NCBI GenBank assembly: GCA_038885755.1
Contig: JAVZZH010000003.1
Coordinates: 32,001 to 96,000 of the forward strand
Length of the DNA stretch: 64,000 bases
Reading direction: 5' to 3'
Origin: Candidatus Caldarchaeum sp.
GTDB taxonomy: Archaea; Thermoproteota; Nitrososphaeria_A; Caldarchaeales; Caldarchaeaceae
The notes beneath the pieces were generated by a model. The model was not told the origin of the DNA. It saw only the letters and a program-made list of their open reading frames with translations, and made no database searches. Positions 19,183 to 28,876 of the stretch are shown here, piece after piece (within the stretch, counting starts at the first letter, position 1; each line of letters starts with the position of its first letter). The translations under genes were made by a program, and so were the position numbers.

Positions 19183-19935
19183 GTGTGGATTTATTCGATG
19201 AGGGATAGGGCTGGCGAGGCTGTTGAGCTTCTGCAGAGCAGTTTGGGGCTGAACAGGTATCAGGCTAGGGCTTACTTGGCTGTGGTGATGGGGTGCAGGA
19301 AGGCGAAGGACGTGGCTGGTAGGGCGGGCATACCGATAACGAGAGTCTACGACACGCTTCAAAGCTTGGCTGAGATGGGGCTTGTCATGAAGACGGAGAA
19401 GGGATACAGGCCGCTGGAGCCGTCCCACGCCCTGACGAACCTTTTCCAGAGAGAGCAGAGAGCTTTGGAGAAACATCTTGAGGCTAGGAGGAGGGGTTTG
19501 GAGAGGCTTGTGGGGTTGATGTCTTTCTACATGAAAACGGAGGAGGATGAGGCTGACACAGCTCTGCTTAAAGGGCTTGAGCCTGTTGTGGTCAAGACGA
19601 TGGAGGTCTGCGGGCGTGGGTCGACGCTCGTCTTCGCCGTCAGGAAAGCCGTCAAGCTCAAGCAGATATTCAGGGAAGCTGTTGAGAAGAACCGTTCGAA
19701 AAACATCGTCTTCATAGTTCATTCTTCAGTGACGTTAAACGGCGAGGACAGAGAGTTCTTCACCAAGCTCGGGGCGAGAGTCGTGCAGAGTCCAGCGGTC
19801 TTGGTCGACATGCTTGTGTCTGACGCTGGCGAGGCGTTGGTAGGGCTTCCGCTCGACGACGAGCCTGTAGTCGTCTGGGTGAGGCACCGGGGTTTCGCAG
19901 GATCCCTCCTGCAGGCTTTGCTGGAGAGTTTTTAG
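19183..19935 (+). CDS. TrmB-family transcriptional regulator
   Basis: LGLNRYQARAY..GIPITRVYDTLQSL. Confidence 0.88.
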   Translation: MWIYSMRDRAGEAVELLQSSLGLNRYQARAYLAVVMGCRKAKDVAGRAGIPITRVYDTLQSLAEMGLVMKTEKGYRPLEPSHALTNLFQREQRALEKHLEARRRGLERLVGLMSFYMKTEEDEADTALLKGLEPVVVKTMEVCGRGSTLVFAVRKAVKLKQIFREAVEKNRSKNIVFIVHSSVTLNGEDREFFTKLGARVVQSPAVLVDMLVSDAGEALVGLPLDDEPVVVWVRHRGFAGSLLQALLESF

Positions 19936-20501
19936 GGCGGAGGCGGAGGAGGTGGTGGGGAAGGAGCCCCTGCTCCGGGCTGTATCTGGAAGAAGGCCAC
20001 GGCGAGCAGTATGTAGGCCACGAGAGCGACCAAAGCTCCGACCAGCACGATGGTGAGCAACGCACCGATAAACAGCAGGAGGCCGGCCGTCCTGAACATT
20101 TTTATGCCCAGCGTGTCGCCGACGAGGTTGAGTGATTTTCTCAGGAAGAAGCTTGACACGACTGCGAAGACCCAAACAACGGCTAGGCTGATTAAGATCG
20201 TTGTGAGCAGGAGGCCGAAGTTGGGGACCGACGGGCCAGCGCCTCCACCTAGGACGGCTAACAACCCTACACCTCCCGCGACAACCCCCGCAACGGCGCC
20301 CACTATGCCTACAACCGTGGCTATCAGGGCGTTCCTGAAGATCTCGCCTTGCTGCACGGCTTCCGAGATGTACTTCAGGGCTAGGAGGACTAGGATGAAG
20401 CCGACGATGCTCAGGACGAAACCGATGCTGGGAACGATCGAGAGGAAAAGCATGACGGAGCCGACTCCGCCGAGTAGCCGGGCTTGAGAGATATCAGCCA
20501 T
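19932..20501 (-). CDS. DUF996-family membrane protein with poly-Pro tail
   Basis: LGGVGS, FRTAGLLLFIGALLTIVLVG; ends PSPPPPPPP. Confidence 0.8.
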   Translation of the reverse strand: MADISQARLLGGVGSVMLFLSIVPSIGFVLSIVGFILVLLALKYISEAVQQGEIFRNALIATVVGIVGAVAGVVAGGVGLLAVLGGGAGPSVPNFGLLLTTILISLAVVWVFAVVSSFFLRKSLNLVGDTLGIKMFRTAGLLLFIGALLTIVLVGALVALVAYILLAVAFFQIQPGAGAPSPPPPPPPP

Positions 20502-20535
20502 GCCTCTCACCTCTCCTAGTCTGTTATAAGCTTTT

Positions 20536-21213
20536 CTAAAGCTCCTCCACGACACCCTTCTCCTGCACGATGATAACCTTGTCGGCGAGGTCGACGAACA
20601 ACCCCGTCTCCAAGACGCCCGGAATTCTTCTCAAGCCACTGTTAAGCCCAGCCGGGTCCTCAACCACGCCGAACGCAACATCCAAGATGTAGTTGCCGTT
20701 ATCGGTCACGACCGGCCCGTTCTTACCCGTCGACGTGCGTAGAACCGGAACCGCGCCATCCTCCTTGAGAACCTTGACGACGTAGCCGACGGCGAAGGGA
20801 AGAACCTCCAGAGGAACGGGCTTGTCAAGCTTGCTGGAGAGCTTGTCATATGTTCCGGCGAATATCCTCTTCCTCGAAGCAGCGGCTAGAACCTTTTCAC
20901 GCATCAACGCTGCTCCGCCGCCTTTAATCATGCTGCGGCTGCTGTCCACTTGGTCGAAGCTGTCGATGTAGAGGTCTGGATGTGGATGTCTGTCGAGCGA
21001 CGTGATGGGGAGCCCTGCTTTGGCTGATTCGAGATAGGTTTGGGACGAGGCGGGTATGACTTCAACGGATTTACCTGAGTTCGCTATCTCGATTATCATC
21101 AGCGAGACCGTTGAGCCGCTGCCCAGCCCCACCACCATGCCGTCCTCAACGTAGGCAGCAGCAGCCTTGGCTGCCTCAAGCCTCAGCTCCGTCATCGTCC
21201 TCACCCTCGACAA
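20536..21213 (-). CDS. rpiA: Ribose-5-phosphate isomerase A
   Basis: GLGSGST, IKGGGAALMREK, TDNGN. Confidence 0.95.
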   Translation of the reverse strand: MSRVRTMTELRLEAAKAAAAYVEDGMVVGLGSGSTVSLMIIEIANSGKSVEVIPASSQTYLESAKAGLPITSLDRHPHPDLYIDSFDQVDSSRSMIKGGGAALMREKVLAAASRKRIFAGTYDKLSSKLDKPVPLEVLPFAVGYVVKVLKEDGAVPVLRTSTGKNGPVVTDNGNYILDVAFGVVEDPAGLNSGLRRIPGVLETGLFVDLADKVIIVQEKGVVEEL

Positions 21214-21478
21214 CCCTCAAAACCTTCTCCTCAAACATCCTCACCCTCTCCTCAGCCTCCAGAACAAGCTTCGAGAAACGGGTTTCAACCTGCTCCGGAA
21301 GGTCGGAGGGCTGCAGCACAACCACCTGCTTCACAGGCTGCGACGCCTCTGTTCTCCTCCTCGACACAGCGTAAGCCGCCCCTAATGCGGTGGAAGCCAC
21401 GAATGCAGCCACGACTAAAGCCAAGTCCTCAAGCAATCCCGCCCAGACAGCCTCAACCCAGTCTATAAGCGTTAACAA
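21176..21478 (-). CDS. Small single-TM hypothetical protein
   Basis: Hydrophobic N-terminal segment and helical C-terminus; fills gap upstream of rpiA. Confidence 0.5.
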   Translation of the reverse strand: MLTLIDWVEAVWAGLLEDLALVVAAFVASTALGAAYAVSRRRTEASQPVKQVVVLQPSDLPEQVETRFSKLVLEAEERVRMFEEKVLRVVEGEDDDGAEA

Positions 21479-21553
21479 ACCTAGGACGGCTGGAAAATAC
21501 CGTCGTGCTCGGCGCCGAAATACCTCAATATACCGGCCGTAGTCTTAGGATAC

Positions 21554-22081
21554 GTGAAGGCTTTGGAGGTTGTCGGCCGCAAGAATTCCGGCAAAACAAC
21601 CTTGGTGGAGTATTTTGTGGAGAGGTTTACACGGGACGGCTTCAGGGTTGCTGCTGTCAAGCACATACACCACAGCTTCACCATCGACACTGAGAACAAG
21701 GATACTTGGAGGATGGCTCGGAGCGGTGCGTGGCTTGTGGCCAGCGTTTCGCCCAACGAGACGGCTGTGATGTTCCACGACCCGAGCGAATGGGAGCAGA
21801 AGGTCGAACGGCTCATGAGGATAATGGATGAGGAGATGGTTGACGTAGCTGTCTTCGAAGGGTTCCACATGCTTCTAGGCGGGAGGGGGGACGTTCACAA
21901 AATCATCACCGTCAAAGAAAGCCAAGACCTAGAGTATTTTCTCAACACTCTGAAACCACCCGTGATAGCCGTGGTCGACATCTCTGGACGGCTCGCATGC
22001 AAAACAGACCTTCCATTCTTCACGCCACCTCTGTCGGAAGACCTCTACCAGCTGGCTAGGAGAGTGCTCGGGCTTGCGTAA
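21554..22081 (+). CDS. mobB: Molybdopterin-guanine dinucleotide biosynthesis protein B
   Basis: GRKNSGKTT, VKHIHH, KDTWR, EGF. Confidence 0.92.
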   Translation: MKALEVVGRKNSGKTTLVEYFVERFTRDGFRVAAVKHIHHSFTIDTENKDTWRMARSGAWLVASVSPNETAVMFHDPSEWEQKVERLMRIMDEEMVDVAVFEGFHMLLGGRGDVHKIITVKESQDLEYFLNTLKPPVIAVVDISGRLACKTDLPFFTPPLSEDLYQLARRVLGLA

Positions 22082-22949
22082 GCCTGCGGGAGTTGTTCTC
22101 GCCGGAGGTGTTTCGAAGCGGTTTGGGGGAGATAAGGCGATGGCGTTAGTGGCTGGGGAGCCGATTGTCAGGAGGGTTTCCCGGACACTGCATGAAGCGG
22201 TTGGAGAGGTTTACCTGTCCGTCAAAACAACGGAAAGAGGAGCCGTGCTCATGGAGGCATCCCGCCCCTACGTGACGGGTTTTCTGGTTGACGAGTTCCA
22301 GCTCGGCCCCGTCAGCGGTATTTTGACGGCTGCCAAACAACTCGAAGCCGAGACTCTGCTGACCACATCCGTCGACGTCCCGCTGCTTAGGCCTGAAACG
22401 CTGAAAAACCTGCTGAACCACCTCCGAGACACGGGAGCCGAAGCCGCCTCCGTTGTATGGGCTGACGGAAACGTCGAAACCCTGATACAAGCAATAACCA
22501 GAAAAACCGTCATCCGGTATGCTGAAAGGTTTTTAGGAGCACGGGCCTCGTCCTGCAGGCCTTCAGACTTGCTCCGTGCAGCCACCGCTCTTCTGCTTGT
22601 CCACGTATCACGGTTAACAAAGGACCCGACCGAGTTCGCCAACATAAACACGCCCGAAGACCTTGAGAAGCCGAGGCCACGGGTCAGCTCGAAAAACCTC
22701 GTCCGGGATAACCTCGTCCTCCGCGAATGCAGCCCTTTATTCGTAAGGGCTGTGGAGCAGCAGGAACACGGCAGCCACTACGAAGCAGGCGTCAGCTACT
22801 TCACAGAAGCTTGTTCATACATGCGATACGGAGTATGCCGTCTCTCAGCCCACGCCTTCGACGACTCGGCGCAGATGTTCAAGCAGGCTGGGATGGTTGA
22901 CTGGACGAGCCTCGCCGAGCAGCTGGCGGAGTTGATGGTTAAAAATTGA
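22074..22949 (+). CDS. mobA: Molybdenum cofactor guanylyltransferase with C-terminal helical extension
   Basis: LAGGVSKRFGGDK, GPVSGI, DVP, NINTPEDL. Confidence 0.9.
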   Translation: MRKPAGVVLAGGVSKRFGGDKAMALVAGEPIVRRVSRTLHEAVGEVYLSVKTTERGAVLMEASRPYVTGFLVDEFQLGPVSGILTAAKQLEAETLLTTSVDVPLLRPETLKNLLNHLRDTGAEAASVVWADGNVETLIQAITRKTVIRYAERFLGARASSCRPSDLLRAATALLLVHVSRLTKDPTEFANINTPEDLEKPRPRVSSKNLVRDNLVLRECSPLFVRAVEQQEHGSHYEAGVSYFTEACSYMRYGVCRLSAHAFDDSAQMFKQAGMVDWTSLAEQLAELMVKN

Positions 22950-22979
22950 TTTTAATTGTGGTGTTTAAGTGTATGGGTC

Positions 22980-23246
22980 ATGGCTAAGGTGTTGATGGTT
23001 GTCCGAATTCTTCCAAGCGATTCTGACATGGACTTGGACAGCCTTCTCGAACGTGTGAAGAGTGGTCTTCCAGCCGAGGTGGTTGTTAGCGATAGCCGGA
23101 GGGAGGAGATTGGGTTCGGGCTTGAGGCTTTGGTTGTCGGGTTTCTTATGCCCGAGGTTTCCGGTTTGGGCGAGTCGCTGGAGAGGTACTTGGCGTCCGT
23201 GGACGGCGTAGGAGAGGTCGACGTAGTCGCGGCCACCCGTGTCTAG
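22980..23246 (+). CDS. ef1b: Translation elongation factor EF-1beta
   Basis: ILPSDSDMDLD, EEIGFGLEAL. Confidence 0.92.
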   Translation: MAKVLMVVRILPSDSDMDLDSLLERVKSGLPAEVVVSDSRREEIGFGLEALVVGFLMPEVSGLGESLERYLASVDGVGEVDVVAATRV

Positions 23247-24385
23247 TGGTTCACCGGCCCGCTCTCCTCAACTTCCTGCATTAAGGCGGACAACCTACGC
23301 AGAGCAGCTACCTTCTCGCCGTCGCCTATCCTCGCCTTCATGACCGCATCCCTCAGCACATCCGCGGCCTCAACCATCGCCCTCCTGTCCACGTAGTAAG
23401 GCCTGCCGCTCTTCGTCCCGAACGCATAAGCGTACTTGACAGGGTCATGCCATGAAACGCTCGAGCCGTAAACCAAGCACGCAACGTAAGCAAGGCCGCG
23501 AACAGTAGCCGGCCCGATGCCGCTTATGGTCAAAAGCTCCTCAAACCCACGCACGTTCTTAGCCCTCCGTAAAGCCGTCTCCTCAAACCTCTTGGGCGGG
23601 AGAAGGGTCTCAGGCATCCTCTCAACGACAAACTTTACATCCTCGTCGAGAAGCGTCTGCTTCTTCATCAAAGCCTTCGCACGGTTCAAGTCCTCGTTCA
23701 GCCTGCTGGGAGGAGTGTCGGAGAGCATCTCCAAGACCGTTTTACGTGTCTCAGCAGACTTCCTGCTCGTCATGTCGAGCACAACTTCCTCCACCCTGTC
23801 GCTCACGATGCTGGCGTGCGGCTCCTCGACACCGACACGCCTCTCGCTCGACCAGTGGTACCTCCTAGCTGTTCGGGCTCTGGTGTTCATCCCCTGATTT
23901 ACAACAGCCCACTTCCCAGTCTCCGAGACTATCGTGGAGTGGAAGTAGATGTCATGCGAGTCTTGGACGGCTGCGTCGTCAACGGAGCATGTAAGCTTGA
24001 TGACTCGCCGTACCTCGCCGACGTCTCGCACGCCTATCTCGCTGAGCGTTTTAGCGGCTTCAAGCTGAGCCATCCTCATCTCGCTCCCCTTACCTCCCAG
24101 AACCCTCACAGGGATGTCTGTGCCCGCCAACCCCTGCTTGACAGCCCTCAGCGTAACAGTTGTCTGGCCGCTGGTGTCCCATTCGAAGCCCAAGACGCAT
24201 GCGAGCGAAGTGAGCCAGAACGGGTCTGCAAACCTCTCGACAACCACGTCGGGGCCATGCTCGTTGGACAGGGCCCTCACAACCTCTCTGCCCAGCTCCA
24301 CCATCTCCCTGAAGTGGGGGACGAACCCCTCAGCCAGCCACAGAGTAGCCGAGCCCGAGCGCCACATCCGTCCCAAAAACAACAC
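23243..24385 (-). CDS. DUF763-family protein
   Basis: VLGFEWDTSGQTT, GGKG, ARRYHW, HhH GIGPATVR, DPVKYAYAFG. Confidence 0.85.
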   Translation of the reverse strand: MLFLGRMWRSGSATLWLAEGFVPHFREMVELGREVVRALSNEHGPDVVVERFADPFWLTSLACVLGFEWDTSGQTTVTLRAVKQGLAGTDIPVRVLGGKGSEMRMAQLEAAKTLSEIGVRDVGEVRRVIKLTCSVDDAAVQDSHDIYFHSTIVSETGKWAVVNQGMNTRARTARRYHWSSERRVGVEEPHASIVSDRVEEVVLDMTSRKSAETRKTVLEMLSDTPPSRLNEDLNRAKALMKKQTLLDEDVKFVVERMPETLLPPKRFEETALRRAKNVRGFEELLTISGIGPATVRGLAYVACLVYGSSVSWHDPVKYAYAFGTKSGRPYYVDRRAMVEAADVLRDAVMKARIGDGEKVAALRRLSALMQEVEESGPVNH

Positions 24386-24458
24386 GATGAAATTATTTAT
24401 TGTTTAAAGCTCGTCCCGATGTATGCACTTATATAACCCGGACGCCAATAAATGCACA

Positions 24459-24683
24459 GTGAACCCCGACAACATCGTCTCGGTTCACATACTCTGCAGG
24501 CCTCGCGACTGCCGGGTTTAGAGGGATGCGGGCTCGGAGAAAATCACATTCAAGACCTTGAGCCACAAGACGCTGAAATGGATCGGAATGCTTACGATGA
24601 GGGGGGAGATGTTCCTGAAGGCAGGTCTGGAGAATGGGTTCTTCGACCATCCTAGGAAGACATTCGTCAGGAATCTAGAGTGA
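24459..24683 (+). pseudogene. Remnant of HTH_10 (Bat-type) transcriptional regulator
   Basis: TTATATAA at 24429-24436, GTG 24459, in-frame TAG 24519-24521, then LTMRGEMFLKAGLENGFFDHPRK (LTxRQxxxLxxAxxxGYFDxPR-like); stops before the HTH. Confidence 0.55.
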
Positions 24684-24826
24684 AGTTCCTCGAGCAACAC
24701 CTAGGGAGCTGGGTTCGTCTGTTCAGCCAGCATGTGGAGAAGAACGCTGAAAAACCTGCCTACGTGCTTTGGTGCCGCATCCTCGTCGAGTATCTAGAGC
24801 TTGCAACGACGTGGGTTAATGTTTAA
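24680..24826 (+). pseudogene. C-terminal remnant of TorD/DmsD-family molybdoenzyme chaperone
   Basis: KFLEQHLGSWVRLFSQHVEKNAEKPAY matches the FLxxHLxxW motif. Confidence 0.55.
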
Positions 24827-24864
24827 GAGGAGCCGTTAACAAGCCTGAGCAGGAGTGGTGAAGC

Positions 24865-25176
24865 TTGGAGTACATCTACGCAGCCCTTCTTCTCCACAAA
24901 GCAGGCAAGAAAGTAGACGAGGACAACCTCAAGAAAGTAGTTGAGGCAGCAGGCCTTTCCCCCGACATGTCCAAGATCAAGTCTCTGACAGCATCCCTGT
25001 CCGAGATAAACATAGACGAGGTCCTCAAGCAGGCTGCTGCAGCCCCCGTAGCTCCAGCCGCCCCGGCACCGGCTCCGGCTGCCCCGGCTGCCGCTCCAGC
25101 TGAAAAGCCTAAGGAAGAGAAGAAGGAGGAGGAGAAGGAGGAAGCTCTTTCGGGCTTGAGCGCTCTGTTCGGTTGA
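24865..25176 (+). CDS. rpl12: Ribosomal stalk protein L12/P1
   Basis: [11 protein letters not shown], Ala/Pro hinge, [16 protein letters not shown]. Confidence 0.97.
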   Translation: MEYIYAALLLHKAGKKVDEDNLKKVVEAAGLSPDMSKIKSLTASLSEINIDEVLKQAAAAPVAPAAPAPAPAAPAAAPAEKPKEEKKEEEKEEALSGLSALFG

Positions 25177-25255
25177 CTTGGCGTGAGGCTTTAGGCCTGC
25201 CAAGGCTTAAGTTTAGGAGTCTCGATAGAGAAGGAAACAACCCGGGGTATGCGTC

Positions 25256-27979
25256 ATGCCGTTCGACGAGGCTGAGTACAGGCTGGACTTCTTCCTGTCT
25301 AACTCGTTCGTCAGAAAACAGTGCAGGGTCTGCGGCGAGTTTTTCTGGACTCTCGACGCCGGGAGGGAGACGTGCGGTGAATCGCCGTGCGTCGAGTACA
25401 GTTTTCTCGAAAGGCCTTATTCGAAGGTAAGGCTGTCTGTGAGGGAGTCGAGGCGCAGGTTTATAGACTTCTTCGCCGAAAGAGGCCACCAGCCCGTAAA
25501 ACCCTACCCCATCGTAGCGAGGTGGAGGACAGACCTCTTCCTCACAGACGCATCCATCGTCGACTTCCAGCCGTGGGTGACGGACGGCATAGCGCCTCCC
25601 CCGGCGAATCCTCTCGTCGTGAGCCAGCCGTGCGCAAGGCTCGTCGACTTGGACAAGATCGGGCTTACTTTCGGCCGCCACCTCACGGTCTTCGAGATGG
25701 GCGGTCATCACGCCTTCAACTACCCCGACAGGAAGGTTTACTGGAAGGATGAGACGACGGCTTACTGCCACGAGTTCATGACGGAGGTGTTGGGAGTCTC
25801 TCCGTCCGAGTTGGTCTACAAGGAATCGTGGTGGTCCGGCGGAGGGAACGAGGGGCCTTGTCTAGAGGTGGTGGCGGGCGGGCTTGAGGTCGCCACACTC
25901 GTCTTCATGCAGTTCAAAACTCTCGACGGCGGCAGAGTGGAGACGCCGATAAAAACCGTCGACACAGGCTACGGGATCGAGAGGCTGGCGTGGTTTACTC
26001 AGGGAACTCCCAGCGCCTTCGAGGCGATCTACGGAGACCTCGTCTGGAAGGTGGGTGATATGCTGGGAGTCAACAGGCCTCCAGCCAGTCTCTTGACCAA
26101 GTACGCTAGGCACACGGGCCACGTTGTTCCGAAGGCCGGTGTGTCTGTGGCTGAGCTCAGGAGGCGTGTCGCCGAGCTGGCTGGCGTAAGCCTCGACGAC
26201 GTCATCTCCCACATTCAGCCTTACGAGAGGCTTTGCAGCAGCATAGACTACAGCAGGGCTATCGCCTTCATCGTTTCCGAGGGCGTTGTCCCCAGCAACG
26301 TCAAGACAGGCTACCTCGCAAGGCTTCTGATACGCAGGGCCTTCAGACTGCTCAAAACATTTCAGGCGGAGGACCGTCTCCTCGACCTCGTAAACCTCCA
26401 GATAGACTTCTGGAAAAGCGATTTCCCCCACTTGGAAGAGATGAGGGACGAAGTGCTTGAGATAGTCGGCCACGAGGTCAGCAAGTTCCGTGAAACGCTT
26501 TCGAGAGGAGTTGAGGCTATTTCGAAAGAGTTGAGAAGCCTCGGCAGAGAGCTGTCAGTCGACAAGCTGATCAAGTACTACGACGACAAAGGCATAACGC
26601 CTGACGTGGTTGCGGACATAGCTGCGAAGGCCGGGTTGACGGTTTCCATACCTGAGAACTTCTACGAGCTCGTGGCAGCCCGACACATCCGTGAAACACC
26701 TCAGGAGAAACCCGACGACCTGAAGATGGATGTGAGCAAGTATCCTCCGACCGTTAAGCTCTACTACGAGCAGCCTTGGAGCTTCACGTTCAAAGCCCGT
26801 GTGCTGGGCGTTGAAAACAGCTACGTCATCCTCGACGCCACTCTCTTCTACCCTGAGGGAGGAGGGGCTGTGGGAGACAGAGGCTTCTTGGTGTTCAGCG
26901 GCAGACAAGCCGCCGTGGTTGACACAAAAAGCATCGGCGACGTGGTTGTTCACAAGCTCGATGGCCCTCTTCCGGAGGCCGGGGAGGAGGTTGAGGGCTT
27001 TGTCGACGCCGAGCACAGGCTGGGAGTCGTCCGCCACCACACCGCAACCCACATACTTCTAGGGGCTGTGAGGAGGGTTCTGGGCAGGCATGCTTGGCAG
27101 GCTGGGGCTCGGAAGGAGGCTGACAAAGGCCGGCTGGATGTCTACCATCACAAGAGGATTACGCCGGAGCAGGTTCGTGAGATAGAGAACCTAGCCAACA
27201 AGGTCGTCGCCAGACGTATCCCGGTGCTGATAAAGTGGCAGGAGAGGAACAAGGCTGAGGAGGCTTACGGGTTCACGCTCTACCAAGGCGGTGAGGTGCC
27301 GCTGGGAAACATCAGAGTGGTCGAGATAGTCGGCTGGGATGTGGAGGCGTGCGGAGGGCTTCACTGCGAAAACACAGAGGACGTCGGGCTCATAAAGGTC
27401 GTGTCGACGGGACGCATACAGGACGGCGTTGAACGCCTAATCTTCACGGCGGGGCCCGTGTCCCTAGCCAGATACCAGCAGCTAGAGGAAGACCTCCAGA
27501 GGGTTGCTGAAACCATCCAGAGCCCCGTCGAAGACGTTGTGAAGAAGGTTGAGGAGCTCAGCGACCAGCACAAAGCCTTGAGGAAAACCTTCAAAAAGCT
27601 GATGGACAGCTACGTTGTTCTGAAAGCAGCTGAGCTCCGCAGCATAGCGATACCTGTTGAGAAAGCTTTGCTGTACATTTCGGAGGAGGAGTTCGACGAC
27701 GAAGAATACTTGACGAAGCTGGCGGCTGAGGTTGTGAAGACTGATAAGCCGTCGCTGGCCCTAGTCTACGCGGGCTCTCCCACGTCCAAGATAGCGTGTG
27801 TTGTCAACGAGCAAGCTGTCGAGAAAGGCTACCGTGCTGGGACAATAGCCCGGCTTGTCTGCGAGGCCGCTGGCGGCAAGGGAGGCGGTACGGATACGCT
27901 GGGCCGTGGAGCCGCTCCGAGAGAGCCGCTCACGACAGTAATCTCGGACATAACCAAGCTCGTCAAGCCGAGCCCGTAG
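25256..27979 (+). CDS. alaS: Alanyl-tRNA synthetase
   Basis: FEMGGHHAF, DTGYGIER, HHTATH and CGGLH editing motifs. Confidence 0.97.
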   Translation: MPFDEAEYRLDFFLSNSFVRKQCRVCGEFFWTLDAGRETCGESPCVEYSFLERPYSKVRLSVRESRRRFIDFFAERGHQPVKPYPIVARWRTDLFLTDASIVDFQPWVTDGIAPPPANPLVVSQPCARLVDLDKIGLTFGRHLTVFEMGGHHAFNYPDRKVYWKDETTAYCHEFMTEVLGVSPSELVYKESWWSGGGNEGPCLEVVAGGLEVATLVFMQFKTLDGGRVETPIKTVDTGYGIERLAWFTQGTPSAFEAIYGDLVWKVGDMLGVNRPPASLLTKYARHTGHVVPKAGVSVAELRRRVAELAGVSLDDVISHIQPYERLCSSIDYSRAIAFIVSEGVVPSNVKTGYLARLLIRRAFRLLKTFQAEDRLLDLVNLQIDFWKSDFPHLEEMRDEVLEIVGHEVSKFRETLSRGVEAISKELRSLGRELSVDKLIKYYDDKGITPDVVADIAAKAGLTVSIPENFYELVAARHIRETPQEKPDDLKMDVSKYPPTVKLYYEQPWSFTFKARVLGVENSYVILDATLFYPEGGGAVGDRGFLVFSGRQAAVVDTKSIGDVVVHKLDGPLPEAGEEVEGFVDAEHRLGVVRHHTATHILLGAVRRVLGRHAWQAGARKEADKGRLDVYHHKRITPEQVREIENLANKVVARRIPVLIKWQERNKAEEAYGFTLYQGGEVPLGNIRVVEIVGWDVEACGGLHCENTEDVGLIKVVSTGRIQDGVERLIFTAGPVSLARYQQLEEDLQRVAETIQSPVEDVVKKVEELSDQHKALRKTFKKLMDSYVVLKAAELRSIAIPVEKALLYISEEEFDDEEYLTKLAAEVVKTDKPSLALVYAGSPTSKIACVVNEQAVEKGYRAGTIARLVCEAAGGKGGGTDTLGRGAAPREPLTTVISDITKLVKPSP

Positions 27980-28826
27980 CTTTAGCCAACGCCGTCGCCT
28001 GCGACACAGCCCTAGCGATCATCAACGGCACCGTCTCGCTGCTGTAGTACCCGGCCTCGACAGCCAGAGCAGCTGCTTCACGGCTTGCCTTGACTAGCAG
28101 GGTCGGCAGTGTTTCAGGCGAGACGTAGGCTGTGTTGATGGCCAGCAGCAGCGCTTGGCTGAAGGCGTTAACCAGCTCCTTCGACACCTTGTCGAGGTCG
28201 ATGAGCAGGTCGGGGCCCTCTATGATGACGCCGTCCTCGTAAGCCCGTGTGATGGTGATTCCACGCAGCACGGACTTTATGTCGAGCTTGACCAGAAGGC
28301 TCGCTAGGAGCTGGGAGATTTCATCACCCTTCTTAGCCACGAGGGTGTCCTTGGCTATCCAGACCTGACCGCCCTCGATCCTCGTAGGGATCCGCAGTTT
28401 GCCGAAGTCGCTGAGTATCGGGCCGGGAGGTAGACCCGTGTTCGTCTCGGGAACCCATACATCGAAGTCAGCCTTCTCACCTGCCTTTGCATACATCGGC
28501 ACCTTGCTCTTCTCAAGCATCAAAGCCAGCTTGAAGCTGTTAACGTTGCTGAACAGGAAGCCTATGGGGCCCTTCGCATCCGCAACAAGCCTCTCCAAGT
28601 CAGGCTTGCCGGCCAGCCTGCAAGCCTTGAGGAACAGCGTCTTCTTCAGCACACGGCCATCGCAGACACCCCTCAGCTTCTTCCTCATCTCATGCACCGT
28701 GTTAGCCCTCACCCCGGTCAGGTCGAAGACAGCCACGACCCGGTATTTCTTGATGAGCTCCGCAGCCTCCTCGACCAGCTTAGCCTTCTTGACCAGCGCA
28801 GGCCTCGCAACCGTCTTCACAGCCAT
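27963..28826 (-). CDS. rpl10: 50S ribosomal protein L10 (P0), without acidic C-terminal tail
   Basis: KKTLF, TGLPPGPILSDFGKLRIPTRIEGG. Confidence 0.95.
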   Translation of the reverse strand: MAVKTVARPALVKKAKLVEEAAELIKKYRVVAVFDLTGVRANTVHEMRKKLRGVCDGRVLKKTLFLKACRLAGKPDLERLVADAKGPIGFLFSNVNSFKLALMLEKSKVPMYAKAGEKADFDVWVPETNTGLPPGPILSDFGKLRIPTRIEGGQVWIAKDTLVAKKGDEISQLLASLLVKLDIKSVLRGITITRAYEDGVIIEGPDLLIDLDKVSKELVNAFSQALLLAINTAYVSPETLPTLLVKASREAAALAVEAGYYSSETVPLMIARAVSQATALAKATGSA

Positions 28827-28876
28827 GACCAGACCTCTCCAGCCTGATATCTTGGCAAAACCCTAGTTAATAACTC

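Noticed and set aside
25070-25145. Low-complexity repeats in rpl12, and poly-Pro codons at 19935-19960
   Set aside because: Explained by the encoded hinge and tail peptides
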